A stretch of DNA of 64,000 bases from Acidobacteriota bacterium (GTDB lineage: Bacteria > Acidobacteriota > Vicinamibacteria > Vicinamibacterales > CAVVIG01), in the NCBI GenBank assembly GCA_025358945.1, contig JANYHS010000147.1:3868-67867 (forward strand), given 5' to 3'. Positions 56,312 to 64,000 of the stretch are shown piece after piece. Position numbers and translations under genes: made by a program. The notes below the pieces were generated by a model. The model did no database searches, was not told the DNA's origin, and saw nothing but the letters and a program-made list of their open reading frames with translations. Within the stretch, counting starts at the first letter, position 1, and each line of letters starts with the position of its first letter.

Positions 56312-57687
56312 GGCCGCGCGATGAGGTCGTACCCTTCGGCGCCCACGATTTCGACATCGACGAAGTCGCCGCCACGGTAGAGCGACGGATCGCATTCGGA
56401 CAGGTAGACGACTGCGTCGATATCCGGCGCCTGCGTCGAGAGGCGCGCCTTCAGCACCAGGTCGTGATCGGAGGACGGGCCGTCGACGATGACGCGCGCG
56501 CGCTCGCCGATCCGCGCCTTCTGTCGTCCCTGCACGAGCGTCTGTTGCAGGCTCATCACGCGCGACCGCCGCGCGGTTTTCGATCGCGCCGGCACATCGT
56601 CCTCGAGCGCGAAGGCCGACGTGCCGTCCTCGTGCGAGTACGTGAACACGCCGACGTGGTCGAACGCATGATCCCCGATGAACGCGCACAATTGGTCGGC
56701 GTCGGCCTTGGTCTCTCCCGGGAAACCGACGATGAAGGTGGTGCGGAGCGCGACGCCGGGGACGCGTTCGCGGATGCGCGTCAGCAGCCTGTCGTAGGTC
56801 TGGCGCGTGCCCGGGCGCTTCATGCGCTTCAGGACCGCGTTCGATGCGTGCTGCAACGGCAGGTCGATGTAGTTGCAGACCTTGTCGCACTCGGCCATCG
56901 CCGCCAGCGTGTCGTCATCGATCGTCGTCGGGTAGAGGTAGAGCAGGCGGATCCACTCGAGGCCATCGACCGCGTTCAGTTCGCGCAGCAAACGGGCGAG
57001 CGCGCCGCGCTCGTTGCGGTCGATGCCGTAGAACGTAGTGTCCTGGGAGATGAGCAGCAGTTCCTTGACCCCGCGCGCCGCAAGGGCGCGGGCTTCACGG
57101 ACGATCGAGTCGGCGGGCCGGCTGCGGTACGCGCCGCGCAGCGTCGGAATGATGCAGAACGCGCACTTGTAGTCGCAGCCCTCCGCGATCTTCACGTACG
57201 CGTAGTGCTTCGGCGTCGCCATCAGCCTGGGCGTGTCGGCGTCGTAGATATACGTCGGCAGGGGCTGGGGGCTCGGGGCTGGAGACTGGCCGGAGAGCGG
57301 CCCGGACTTGAAGAACGTCAGCGGTGACGCACCGTTCGAGGCGATGCCGGTGATCGCGCCGACGATCTCCGGGACCTGTCCGGTGCCGAGGACGGCGTCG
57401 ATTTCCGGAATCTCCTTCTTGAGCTCGTCGCGGTAGCGCTCGGCCATGCAACCGGTGACGATCAGCCGCTTGCAGCTCCCGTCCGTCTTGTGGCGCGCCA
57501 TCTCGAGAATCGTGTCGATCGACTCCTGCTTGGCCGAGTCGATGAACGCGCAGGTGTTGACGATCAGTACATCCGCGCTGGCCGCATCATGCGTGAGTTC
57601 GTGTCCGCCCTGCTGCGCGAGCCCGAGCATGACCTCGGAGTCGACGAGGTTCTTCGGGCAGCCGAGCGAGATCATTCCGACTTTCAT
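56308..57687 (-). CDS. rimO: ribosomal protein S12 methylthiotransferase RimO
   Basis: MKVGMISLGCPKNLVDSE...NTCAFI (MTTase N-domain Cys), radical-SAM CDYKCAFC and a C-terminal TRAM domain. Confidence 0.9.
   Translation of the reverse strand: MKVGMISLGCPKNLVDSEVMLGLAQQGGHELTHDAASADVLIVNTCAFIDSAKQESIDTILEMARHKTDGSCKRLIVTGCMAERYRDELKKEIPEIDAVLGTGQVPEIVGAITGIASNGASPLTFFKSGPLSGQSPAPSPQPLPTYIYDADTPRLMATPKHYAYVKIAEGCDYKCAFCIIPTLRGAYRSRPADSIVREARALAARGVKELLLISQDTTFYGIDRNERGALARLLRELNAVDGLEWIRLLYLYPTTIDDDTLAAMAECDKVCNYIDLPLQHASNAVLKRMKRPGTRQTYDRLLTRIRERVPGVALRTTFIVGFPGETKADADQLCAFIGDHAFDHVGVFTYSHEDGTSAFALEDDVPARSKTARRSRVMSLQQTLVQGRQKARIGERARVIVDGPSSDHDLVLKARLSTQAPDIDAVVYLSECDPSLYRGGDFVDVEIVGAEGYDLIARP
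57261..57288. repeat. degenerate heptamer array GGGGCTS x3-4 in the rimO inter-domain linker
   Basis: ggggctg ggggctc ggggctg gagactg. Encodes ...GQSPAPSPQPLP... on the minus strand. Confidence 0.7.
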
Positions 57688-57760
57688 TGTTCAGCCAACA
57701 GCTCTCCACCACGGTGGACACCGGGGACACAGAGGAATCGCGCGGCTGAATATTTCATCG

Positions 57761-59056
57761 TCATGGGTACAACCTGTACAGCATACGCGGGTACGGAATC
57801 GTTTCGCGGACGTGGTCGAGTTTGCAAATCCACGACACCACACGCTCGATACCCATGCCGAAGCCACCGTGCGGGACCGCGCCGTAGCGGCGCAGGTCGA
57901 GATACCACTCGAACGCTTCCTGCGGCAGCTTGTGTTCCTTGATCCGCGCAAGCAGGAGATCGAGGTCCGCGAGGCGTTCGCCGCCGCCGATGATCTCGCC
58001 GTAGCCTTCCGGCGCCAGCATGTCGACGCCCAGCGCGAGATCCGCGCGATCCGGATCGGGCTTCATGTAGAACGCCTTGATCGCGGCGGGATAGCGATGC
58101 ACCAGCACCGGGCGATCGAATTCCTCGGACAGCGTCGTCTCGTCAGGTCCGCCGAAGTCGCCGCCCCACTGGATCGGCAACCCCTTCGCCTGCAGCCGCT
58201 TCACGGCATCGTCGTACGAGATGCGCGGGAATGGTTTCTGCACCGCTTCGAGTTTCGACACGTCGCGCTCGATGATCGTCAGCTCGCGGCGCCGCTTCTC
58301 GAGCACGCGCGCGACGACCGAGACGACGAGGTCCTCGGCCAGTTCCATCACGTCGTTCAGATCGGCGTAGGCCACTTCCGGCTCGACCATCCAGAACTCG
58401 GTGAGGTGACGCCGGGTCTTCGACTTCTCGGCGCGGAACGTCGGCCCGAAGCAGTACACGCGGCCAAGCGCCATCGCGTTCGCTTCGTTGTACAGCTGAC
58501 CGCTCTGCGTCAGGTACGCGGTCTGGTCGTCGAAGTACTGCGCCGGAAACAGCGTCGTGGTCCCCTCGCACGCGGCGGGCGTGAAGATCGGCGTGTCGGC
58601 GAGGATGAATCCGCGGTTGTTGAAGAAGTCGCGAACGGCGTTGATGATCTCGTGGCGGATGCGCAGGATCGCCTGCTGCCGCTCGCTGCGGATCCACAGA
58701 TGCCGGCGGTCGAGCAGGAAGTCGACCCCGTGCTCCTTCGGGGTGATCGGATAGTCGTGCGACGCGCCGATCACCTCGACGCTCCTGACGTCGATTTCGT
58801 ACCCGCTCGGCGCGCGCTTGTCCGCCCGCGCCGTGCCGGTGACGATGATCGAGGTCTCCTGCGAGAGATGATCGGCCGCCTTGAAGAGCTCCTCGCCGAC
58901 CGCGGCCTTCGACATCACCGCCTGGATGAAGCCGGAGCCGTCGCGCACGGTGAGGAAGTGAATCTTGCCGCTCGATCGGCGGTTGTGGAGCCACCCCTTG
59001 ATGGTGACGTCCTCGCCCTCGTGCGTGCCGATGTCTTCTATATAGACGTGAGCCAT
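57761..59056 (-). CDS. asnS: asparagine--tRNA ligase
   Basis: 431 aa with an OB-fold N-domain and class II motifs [21 protein letters not shown] and [11 protein letters not shown]. Confidence 0.9.
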   Translation of the reverse strand: MAHVYIEDIGTHEGEDVTIKGWLHNRRSSGKIHFLTVRDGSGFIQAVMSKAAVGEELFKAADHLSQETSIIVTGTARADKRAPSGYEIDVRSVEVIGASHDYPITPKEHGVDFLLDRRHLWIRSERQQAILRIRHEIINAVRDFFNNRGFILADTPIFTPAACEGTTTLFPAQYFDDQTAYLTQSGQLYNEANAMALGRVYCFGPTFRAEKSKTRRHLTEFWMVEPEVAYADLNDVMELAEDLVVSVVARVLEKRRRELTIIERDVSKLEAVQKPFPRISYDDAVKRLQAKGLPIQWGGDFGGPDETTLSEEFDRPVLVHRYPAAIKAFYMKPDPDRADLALGVDMLAPEGYGEIIGGGERLADLDLLLARIKEHKLPQEAFEWYLDLRRYGAVPHGGFGMGIERVVSWICKLDHVRETIPYPRMLYRLYP

Positions 59057-59241
59057 CGTTCCATCTTCTCACGCGCGGCCCTGACGCGCGCGAGCGTCTC
59101 CCGGGTTGAGCCTTGGGGCATGCCGTCGAAGATCACCGCGCCATCGCACCCGACCTTCTGGAGGGTCGTCAGCGCCGACGGCCAGTCGATCGCATCAGTG
59201 GCCGGCGCCCGCATCGCCGTAAGGTGTTCGCCGACGGTCAC
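59038..59241 (-). CDS. 67-aa ORF resembling only the C-terminal end of a xylose-isomerase-like TIM-barrel protein (possible remnant)
   Basis: Coding-type GC3. [26 protein letters not shown] resembles the terminal IDW...GY.G...E segment of sugar-phosphate isomerases/epimerases. It starts 2 nt after the kinase stop and overlaps asnS by 19 nt. Confidence 0.3.
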   Translation of the reverse strand: MTVGEHLTAMRAPATDAIDWPSALTTLQKVGCDGAVIFDGMPQGSTRETLARVRAAREKMERWLTSI

Positions 59242-59243
59242 GT

Positions 59244-60260
59244 TTAGCCAAGTTCGCCGATGTGCGCCGCGAGAATCTCCCTCAGCCGGGCGAAGCGCGG
59301 ATACTTCTCGAGACTGGTCCGCGCGTAGCGGAGTGTGCGGGGAATGTACTGGATGTAGACCGTGTTGCGGCGCGTGATCGTCTGATAGCCGAACGTTCCA
59401 AGGGCCTTCAGGTTGCGCTGCAGGGCCATCAGATCGAAGCGTCGCCGGAACTCGTTTGCCGCGATCGCCTCGCCGTCGCCCTTCTTCAGCGCGAGGAAAT
59501 ACGCAATCAACTCATCGAGTTCACGGTCGGTGATGTCGACGTACGAGTCGCGCAACAGCGACACCAGATCGTAGGTGTCGGGTCCCAGTCGCGCGTCCTG
59601 GAAGTCGATGATGTAGAGGCGGCCGTCGCTCAGCATCAGGTTGCGGCTGTGATAGTCGCGATGGCAGAGCACCCGCGGCTCAGCGGCCAACTCCTGGACG
59701 ATCGCCGCGCACTCCGTCGAGAGCGCCGCGCGTTCGGCCGGCGTCAGTACGACGCCGCGATACCCCGCGACGAAATGCTTTGCGAAGAAATCGAGTTCCC
59801 ACGTCAGCTTCTCGACGTCGAAGGCGATGCCGTACGGCAGCCACGCGTCCGAATGCAGCTCGGCGCCGCGGCGCTGCAGCTGTTCGACAAGCGCGACGGC
59901 CTGCCGGTACAGCGCGGCGTGCTCCGACGCCGTCGCCGCGCCCAGGTGCGCCTGCAGCGTCACGTCGCCCAGATCCTGCAGCGCGAGGATGCCCAGTTCG
60001 TCGGAGTGGCCGAGAATGCCGGGCACCGGCAGCGGGATCTGCCGCATCAGCATGCCGACGTTGGCAAACGGCAGCGTCGCGAAATCGATCGGCCCGGCGT
60101 GCAGCGCCAGCACGAGCGACGGGCCGTCGGCCGGGATGATCCGGAAATACTTGCGGTCGGACGCGTCGCCGGTCAGGGGCACGACGCGGGCACCGGGATC
60201 GGTGACGCGGCTGTCGCGCAGGAAACGATCGATACGATCGGAATCGGCCAGCATGGACAC
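59244..60260 (-). CDS. aminoglycoside-phosphotransferase-fold sugar kinase, AmgK-like
   Basis: Contains GDASDRKYFRI and VLCHRDYHSRNLMLSDGRLYIIDFQDARLGPDTYDLVSLL (Brenner and DFQ motifs). The start is GTG 60260 or ATG 60254. Confidence 0.75.
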   Translation of the reverse strand: MSMLADSDRIDRFLRDSRVTDPGARVVPLTGDASDRKYFRIIPADGPSLVLALHAGPIDFATLPFANVGMLMRQIPLPVPGILGHSDELGILALQDLGDVTLQAHLGAATASEHAALYRQAVALVEQLQRRGAELHSDAWLPYGIAFDVEKLTWELDFFAKHFVAGYRGVVLTPAERAALSTECAAIVQELAAEPRVLCHRDYHSRNLMLSDGRLYIIDFQDARLGPDTYDLVSLLRDSYVDITDRELDELIAYFLALKKGDGEAIAANEFRRRFDLMALQRNLKALGTFGYQTITRRNTVYIQYIPRTLRYARTSLEKYPRFARLREILAAHIGELG

Positions 60261-60295
60261 GGTTTTAGCTTTTCGGTTTTCGGTTTTCGGTTTCG
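60261..60295. repeat. 5 x heptamer GGTTTTC tandem array across the nucleotidyltransferase stop / kinase start junction
   Basis: ggtttta gcttttc ggttttc ggttttc ggtttcg. Encodes the C-terminal ...ETENRKPKS* of the upstream gene. Confidence 0.85.
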
Positions 60296-61227
60296 TATTC
60301 CACGTTCAATGGCGAGACGAGCAGTTCGCCGTTCTCGCCGCGGACGAGGATCGCGCGGCTGTACGCCGCGCCGGCCGGCACCTGCACACGGTCGGTGACG
60401 ATGCATTCGTCCAGTGTCGCGCCGGCGCCAACCTCCACATCGTCCCATAAAATCGAGCGCATGACGCGCGCGGACGGCTCGATCCGGGCGGCGCGGCCGA
60501 TGCTGACGTTCGCGGCCGCCACCGCGAATGCGTGTGACGTGCGCCAGTAGTCGCCCGGCGTGCCGACGTCGAAAAACGCCGCGTTGGAGAGGACGCCGCG
60601 CACCGAGCCTGGTTGCGACGCGATCAGCGCGTCGTAGACGCCGCCGATAGAGCTGACGGGCGCATTCGGTTCGACGCCATCGAACGCGCGGGCCGCCACG
60701 ACCTGCACGCCGATGAAGTGATACGAGCCTTCGGCCGCTGGACCGCGGCGGACGAAACCGGTGACGCGGCCGCCGGCGTCCATGTGCACGCCGCCGTAGC
60801 GCAGGAACTCCCGGTTGGGGACCAGCGCCAGCGTGACCAGCGCGCTCGAGGCGGTGTGCGCATCCACCAGCGGCGCGAGATCGACGTCGGTCAGCGAGTC
60901 GCCGTTGACGATCAGGAACGGATCCGCACCGACGATTGCCCGCGCGAGGCGGGGCCCGCCCGCGCTGCCGAGCATGCGCGGGAGTTCCCACGAGTAGCGC
61001 ACCCGTGCCCCGAGATCGCTGCCGTCGCCGAGGACCGCCGTCAATGTCTCTGGACGATGATGGAGGTTCAACACGAGATCGTCGACGCCGTGTGACACCA
61101 GCCACGAGGCGATACGGCGAATCATGGGCTCGCCGGCCACCGGGATTGCCGGCTTCGCGCGTGCGTCGGTGAGCGGGCGCAGTCGCGTGCCGAAACCAGC
61201 GGTCAGTACGAGCGCGTGTCGCATCAT
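60265..61227 (-). CDS. NDP-sugar pyrophosphorylase (MurU/GlmU-like nucleotidyltransferase with C-terminal hexapeptide-repeat region)
   Basis: LVLTAGFGTRLRPLTDARAKPAIPV (the G-x-G-T-R-L signature) and a C-terminal left-handed beta-helix-like segment. ATGA overlap with the upstream gene. The ORF-track extension was rejected. Confidence 0.75.
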   Translation of the reverse strand: MMRHALVLTAGFGTRLRPLTDARAKPAIPVAGEPMIRRIASWLVSHGVDDLVLNLHHRPETLTAVLGDGSDLGARVRYSWELPRMLGSAGGPRLARAIVGADPFLIVNGDSLTDVDLAPLVDAHTASSALVTLALVPNREFLRYGGVHMDAGGRVTGFVRRGPAAEGSYHFIGVQVVAARAFDGVEPNAPVSSIGGVYDALIASQPGSVRGVLSNAAFFDVGTPGDYWRTSHAFAVAAANVSIGRAARIEPSARVMRSILWDDVEVGAGATLDECIVTDRVQVPAGAAYSRAILVRGENGELLVSPLNVEYETENRKPKS

Positions 61228-62399
61228 GTCACCCTCATCCGGAACGAGCAGCCGCGCAAGGCCGGTGTGCCGACACCTTTGCCAAGGATCAGCACTTTGT
61301 GCGTGCTGCCAATGCCGCCCGGCATCACCAGCGTCTTGAATTGCGGATTGCGGAGTGCGGATTGCGGATTGGGAAGACCGTCGAGCAGTCCGATCAGAAG
61401 ATATGTCTGATCGAGAAAGCCGACCATCGCCATCCCTTCTGCTTCCGCGGCGGCGCGCACACTCGTGAAGTCGACATGCGCGGTGATGTCCTGTTCGCCG
61501 GGCTGGTGCAGCCATGGCGGGGTCTCCGGTGAGGCTTCGGGTCCGCCACTGCGGTGCTTCACGAACGTCGTCAGTGTGCCGGTGGAGTGCGCCGCCGAGT
61601 ACAGCTCGCGGGCGTCGTGACCGTAGTCGATCAGCACGATGAAGCCGCGCCGCAACCGGCGCGCGGCGTCGCGGATCCAGTCCACGGCGCGCAGGTTGAT
61701 CTCGACGCGCCATCCTGGCTCGAGGGCGACGCCAAGGCGCTCGAGATACGCGGCGAGCGCAGGCGTCGACGGTGGACCTTCGATCAGACGGAGTGGCGCA
61801 AGGCGTTGCGTTTTGCGATCGCCGCCCGCAACGGGCTGCGCCACAAACACCTCGCGCAATCCGTCTTCGCGCATCACGACCTGATGAACCGGAAACGCGT
61901 CGATCAGCTCGTTCGCGATCAGCACGCCTTCGAACGATTCCGGAAGGTCCGAGCTGGACGATGCAAGGCGCTCGGCGACGTCGTCGAGTGTGCCGGCTTG
62001 CGCGCGCCGAGCCTGGGCGCTCGCTTCGACAAGATGCAGTCGAATGGATTCGTAGACGGCCGGATCGCGCCGCTTCGCCGCGCGCAGGATGTCGGCGGAC
62101 AGGCGGCCGTTGCCAGCGCCGGCCTCGACCAGATCGAAGTCTGACGTCTGAGGTCTGAAGTCTGCAGCACCTACGAGCGTCGCCATTTCCGCGACTTGGA
62201 CTTCGAGGAGTTCTCCGAACAGCGAGCCGACATCGACGCTGGTAAAAAAATCGCCCGCGCGGCCGGAACGCTGGGCCGCGCGGGCGTAGTAACCGAACTG
62301 TGGATCGTAAAGCGCGAGATCCATGAACGCGGCCACCGTCAGGGGGCCGCGTTCGCGAACGACGTCAGCAATCCGCGATCCGCAATCCGCAGTCCGCAA
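61224..62399 (-). CDS. MidA/NDUFAF7-family (DUF185) SAM-dependent methyltransferase
   Basis: Contains FMDLALYDPQFGYYA, DLVEAGAGNGRLSADIL and FIVLIDYG. TTG start at 62399. Confidence 0.75.
   Translation of the reverse strand: MRTADCGSRIADVVRERGPLTVAAFMDLALYDPQFGYYARAAQRSGRAGDFFTSVDVGSLFGELLEVQVAEMATLVGAADFRPQTSDFDLVEAGAGNGRLSADILRAAKRRDPAVYESIRLHLVEASAQARRAQAGTLDDVAERLASSSSDLPESFEGVLIANELIDAFPVHQVVMREDGLREVFVAQPVAGGDRKTQRLAPLRLIEGPPSTPALAAYLERLGVALEPGWRVEINLRAVDWIRDAARRLRRGFIVLIDYGHDARELYSAAHSTGTLTTFVKHRSGGPEASPETPPWLHQPGEQDITAHVDFTSVRAAAEAEGMAMVGFLDQTYLLIGLLDGLPNPQSALRNPQFKTLVMPGGIGSTHKVLILGKGVGTPALRGCSFRMRVT
61341..61375. repeat. 5 x heptamer TTGCGGA tandem array
   Basis: ttgcgga ttgcgga gtgcgga ttgcgga ttgggaa. 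Confidence 0.9.
62136..62163. repeat. 4 x heptamer GANGTCT tandem array
   Basis: gaagtct gacgtct gaggtct gaagtct. Confidence 0.85.
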
Positions 62400-62403
62400 T
62401 TCT
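62369..62403. repeat. 5 x heptamer CAATCCG (reverse complement of the TTGCGGA family) tandem array
   Basis: caatccg cgatccg caatccg cagtccg caattct. Covers the TTG start codon of the MidA-like gene. Confidence 0.9.
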
Positions 62404-62412
62404 CGTGTGCCG

Positions 62413-63999
62413 TCAGTCCTTTTTCACCGGCACGAAAACTTCTGCGTCGCCGCGCCACACGCGCAACTGCGCGAGGCGTCCCGACGCAATCTTCTGCAGC
62501 TCGCGCGCCGCTTCAACCGCGTTGCTCACGGCCTTGCCGTTCACCGAGAGGATGACGTCGCCCTGGCGCAGCGCGCCGGCCGACGCGCCGTCGGGGTCGA
62601 CCTCGGTGACGACCGCGCCGGTCTTGCCCGACGGCAGCCGCAGCCGCCGCGCCATCTGCGGCGTCACCGGCTCGAGCGTCAGTCCAAAGCTGCCGGTGGC
62701 CTGTTCTTCGGGCGGCGGCTGATCGTCCCGCTGCGTGCCGCGACGCCCCTGGTTCTGTTCCGCCTCGAGGTCCAGTTCCTCGACAACGACGTTGAGGGTT
62801 TTATCCTGCTTGTTGCGAAGCACCTTGACCGGCACGGTGGTGCCCGGCTTGGTGGCGACGACCATTTTCACCAGTTCGTCGTTGTTCGCGATCGGTCGTC
62901 CGTTGAATTGCGTGATCACGTCGCCCGGCTCCATGCCGGCTTTGCGCGCCGCGCCGCCCGGCGTCACTTCGGCCACGATCGCGCCGGCACGCTTGGTCAG
63001 CCCGAAATCTTCGAAGCCTTCGCGCGGCACCGCCAGCACCGAGACGCCGATGCGCCCGCGGACGACCTTTCCCGTGTGCAGCTGCGGCAGCAGGTCGCGC
63101 ACGGTGTTGCTCGGCACGGCGAACCCGATCCCGATGTTGCCCTCGCTGCGCGCGTTGGTGATGATCGCGGTGTTCATGCCGATCACTTCGCCGCGCACGT
63201 TGAGCAGCGGTCCGCCGGAGTTGCCGGGGTTGATCGCGGCGTCGGTCTGCAGCATGTCGTTGGACCGGCCGTTGGTCACGCGAAACGAGCGTGATGTCGC
63301 GCTGATGACGCCGACGGTGACAGTGTGCTCGTAGCCGAACGGGTTGCCGATCGCCATCACCCAGTCGCCGGCTTCCACCTGCGACGAGTCGCCGAACCTG
63401 GCTTCGGGCAGCGGATGATTCGGTTTGTCGATGAGTTGCAGCAGCGCGCTGTCGGTCAGCGGATCGCGACCGACCACCTTGGCCTTGTAGCTGACGTCCG
63501 CATCGTCCGCGTACAGCGACACCTCGATCTTCGTCGCGTCTTCCACGACGTGATTGTTGGTCAGGATGTAGCCGTCCTTGCTGATGATGAACCCCGTGCC
63601 CGCCGCGCGGGTCGTCTGTTCCTTTGGCCGCCGGCGTCCATTGCCGCCGCGCCCGGGCGCGCTCTGGTCGTCCTGATCACCGCCGGCGCCGCCGCCCGGT
63701 GCGCCGAAGAAGCGATGGAACAAGTCGTCGGGCTGGCTGCCGCCGCCACTACCGCCGTTGGCGCCGCCGAAGAAGTCGGTCAGGTCCTGCGCCTTCGCCT
63801 TCATCTCGGTCTTGATATTGACGACCATCGGCGTCGCCGCTTTCGCAATGTTGCGGAACGTCGAGGCGTCGATCGAGCCCGTGAGCGGCGCGCTGTTCAT
63901 CGGCGGGATGCCGATGCTTTGCGCCGACGAGGCCGGCGTCAGATCGAGCCGCGACGCGATCACCATGCCGACCGCGAGCGACGCGACGGCAATCAGCAT
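62413..63999 (-). CDS. degP: HtrA/DegP-family serine protease with two PDZ domains (N-terminus may extend past the window end)
   Basis: Contains GTGFIISKDGYILTNNHVV, DSALLQL, GNSGGPLLN and two PDZ regions. The ORF reaches the last bases of the window. Confidence 0.9.
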   Translation of the reverse strand: MLIAVASLAVGMVIASRLDLTPASSAQSIGIPPMNSAPLTGSIDASTFRNIAKAATPMVVNIKTEMKAKAQDLTDFFGGANGGSGGGSQPDDLFHRFFGAPGGGAGGDQDDQSAPGRGGNGRRRPKEQTTRAAGTGFIISKDGYILTNNHVVEDATKIEVSLYADDADVSYKAKVVGRDPLTDSALLQLIDKPNHPLPEARFGDSSQVEAGDWVMAIGNPFGYEHTVTVGVISATSRSFRVTNGRSNDMLQTDAAINPGNSGGPLLNVRGEVIGMNTAIITNARSEGNIGIGFAVPSNTVRDLLPQLHTGKVVRGRIGVSVLAVPREGFEDFGLTKRAGAIVAEVTPGGAARKAGMEPGDVITQFNGRPIANNDELVKMVVATKPGTTVPVKVLRNKQDKTLNVVVEELDLEAEQNQGRRGTQRDDQPPPEEQATGSFGLTLEPVTPQMARRLRLPSGKTGAVVTEVDPDGASAGALRQGDVILSVNGKAVSNAVEAARELQKIASGRLAQLRVWRGDAEVFVPVKKD

Positions 64000-64000
64000 C

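Noticed and set aside
61341-62403. Inverted heptamer arrays interpreted as an invertible promoter switch (inverton) or mobile element ends
   Set aside because: There is no recombinase or transposase nearby. The arrays lie inside a single conserved coding sequence, and inversion would destroy the gene. It is kept only as a structural or recombination curiosity.

Overview
GC-rich bacterial chromosomal segment, densely coded on both strands. Many adjacent genes are joined by 1-4 nt start/stop overlaps (GTGA, ATGA). No rRNA, tRNA, CRISPR array, transposase or phage gene was recognised.

Layout:
- (1) 1-3744, minus strand: marR-yip1-macA-macB-like efflux operon, divergent from a pyruvoyl-type arginine decarboxylase gene.
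- (2) 4452-29903: a large type IVa pilus locus with Myxococcus/Geobacter-like gene order.
  - An outer-membrane barrel gene, then pilB-pilT-pilC-pilS-pilR.
  - A textbook sigma54 promoter driving pilA.
  - A six-gene translationally coupled accessory operon: VKOR-DsbA fusion, ABC ATPase, ABC-2 permease, helical-repeat protein, pilD, sulfatase-family membrane protein.
  - A sensor kinase, a minor-pilin operon (pilV/W/X/Y1-like) and a second sigma54 enhancer-binding response regulator.
  - pilMNOPQ and the secretin are not in this window.
- (3) 29944-44842, housekeeping: aroB, proS, HEAT-repeat protein, OmpA-like protein, tatA/tatC, ctp, smc, DUF4097-like lipoprotein, M48 peptidase, cupredoxin-like protein.
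- (4) 44915-54645, minus strand: conserved rimP-nusA-infB-rbfA-nrnA-truB-rpsO-pnp block.
- (5) 54749-64000, minus strand: rimO plus a coupled polytopic membrane protein, asnS, an amgK/murU-like sugar salvage pair, a MidA-like methyltransferase and an HtrA/DegP protease.

I do not see a clear-cut, wholly novel multi-gene system such as a defence island. The observations most worth follow-up are:
- the non-canonical accessory genes wired into the pilus operon (VKOR-DsbA, sulfatase-family protein overlapping pilD, PorV/FadL-like barrel);
- the second sigma54 two-component circuit bracketing the minor pilins;
- an intrinsic terminator that rimP-nusA-infB transcription apparently must read through;
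- an 18 x 9-nt in-frame minisatellite inside truB;
- a recurrent set of degenerate tandem heptanucleotide arrays at gene ends and domain linkers, including an inverted pair inside the MidA-like gene.

All functional calls rest on motif recognition by eye. No database search was run.
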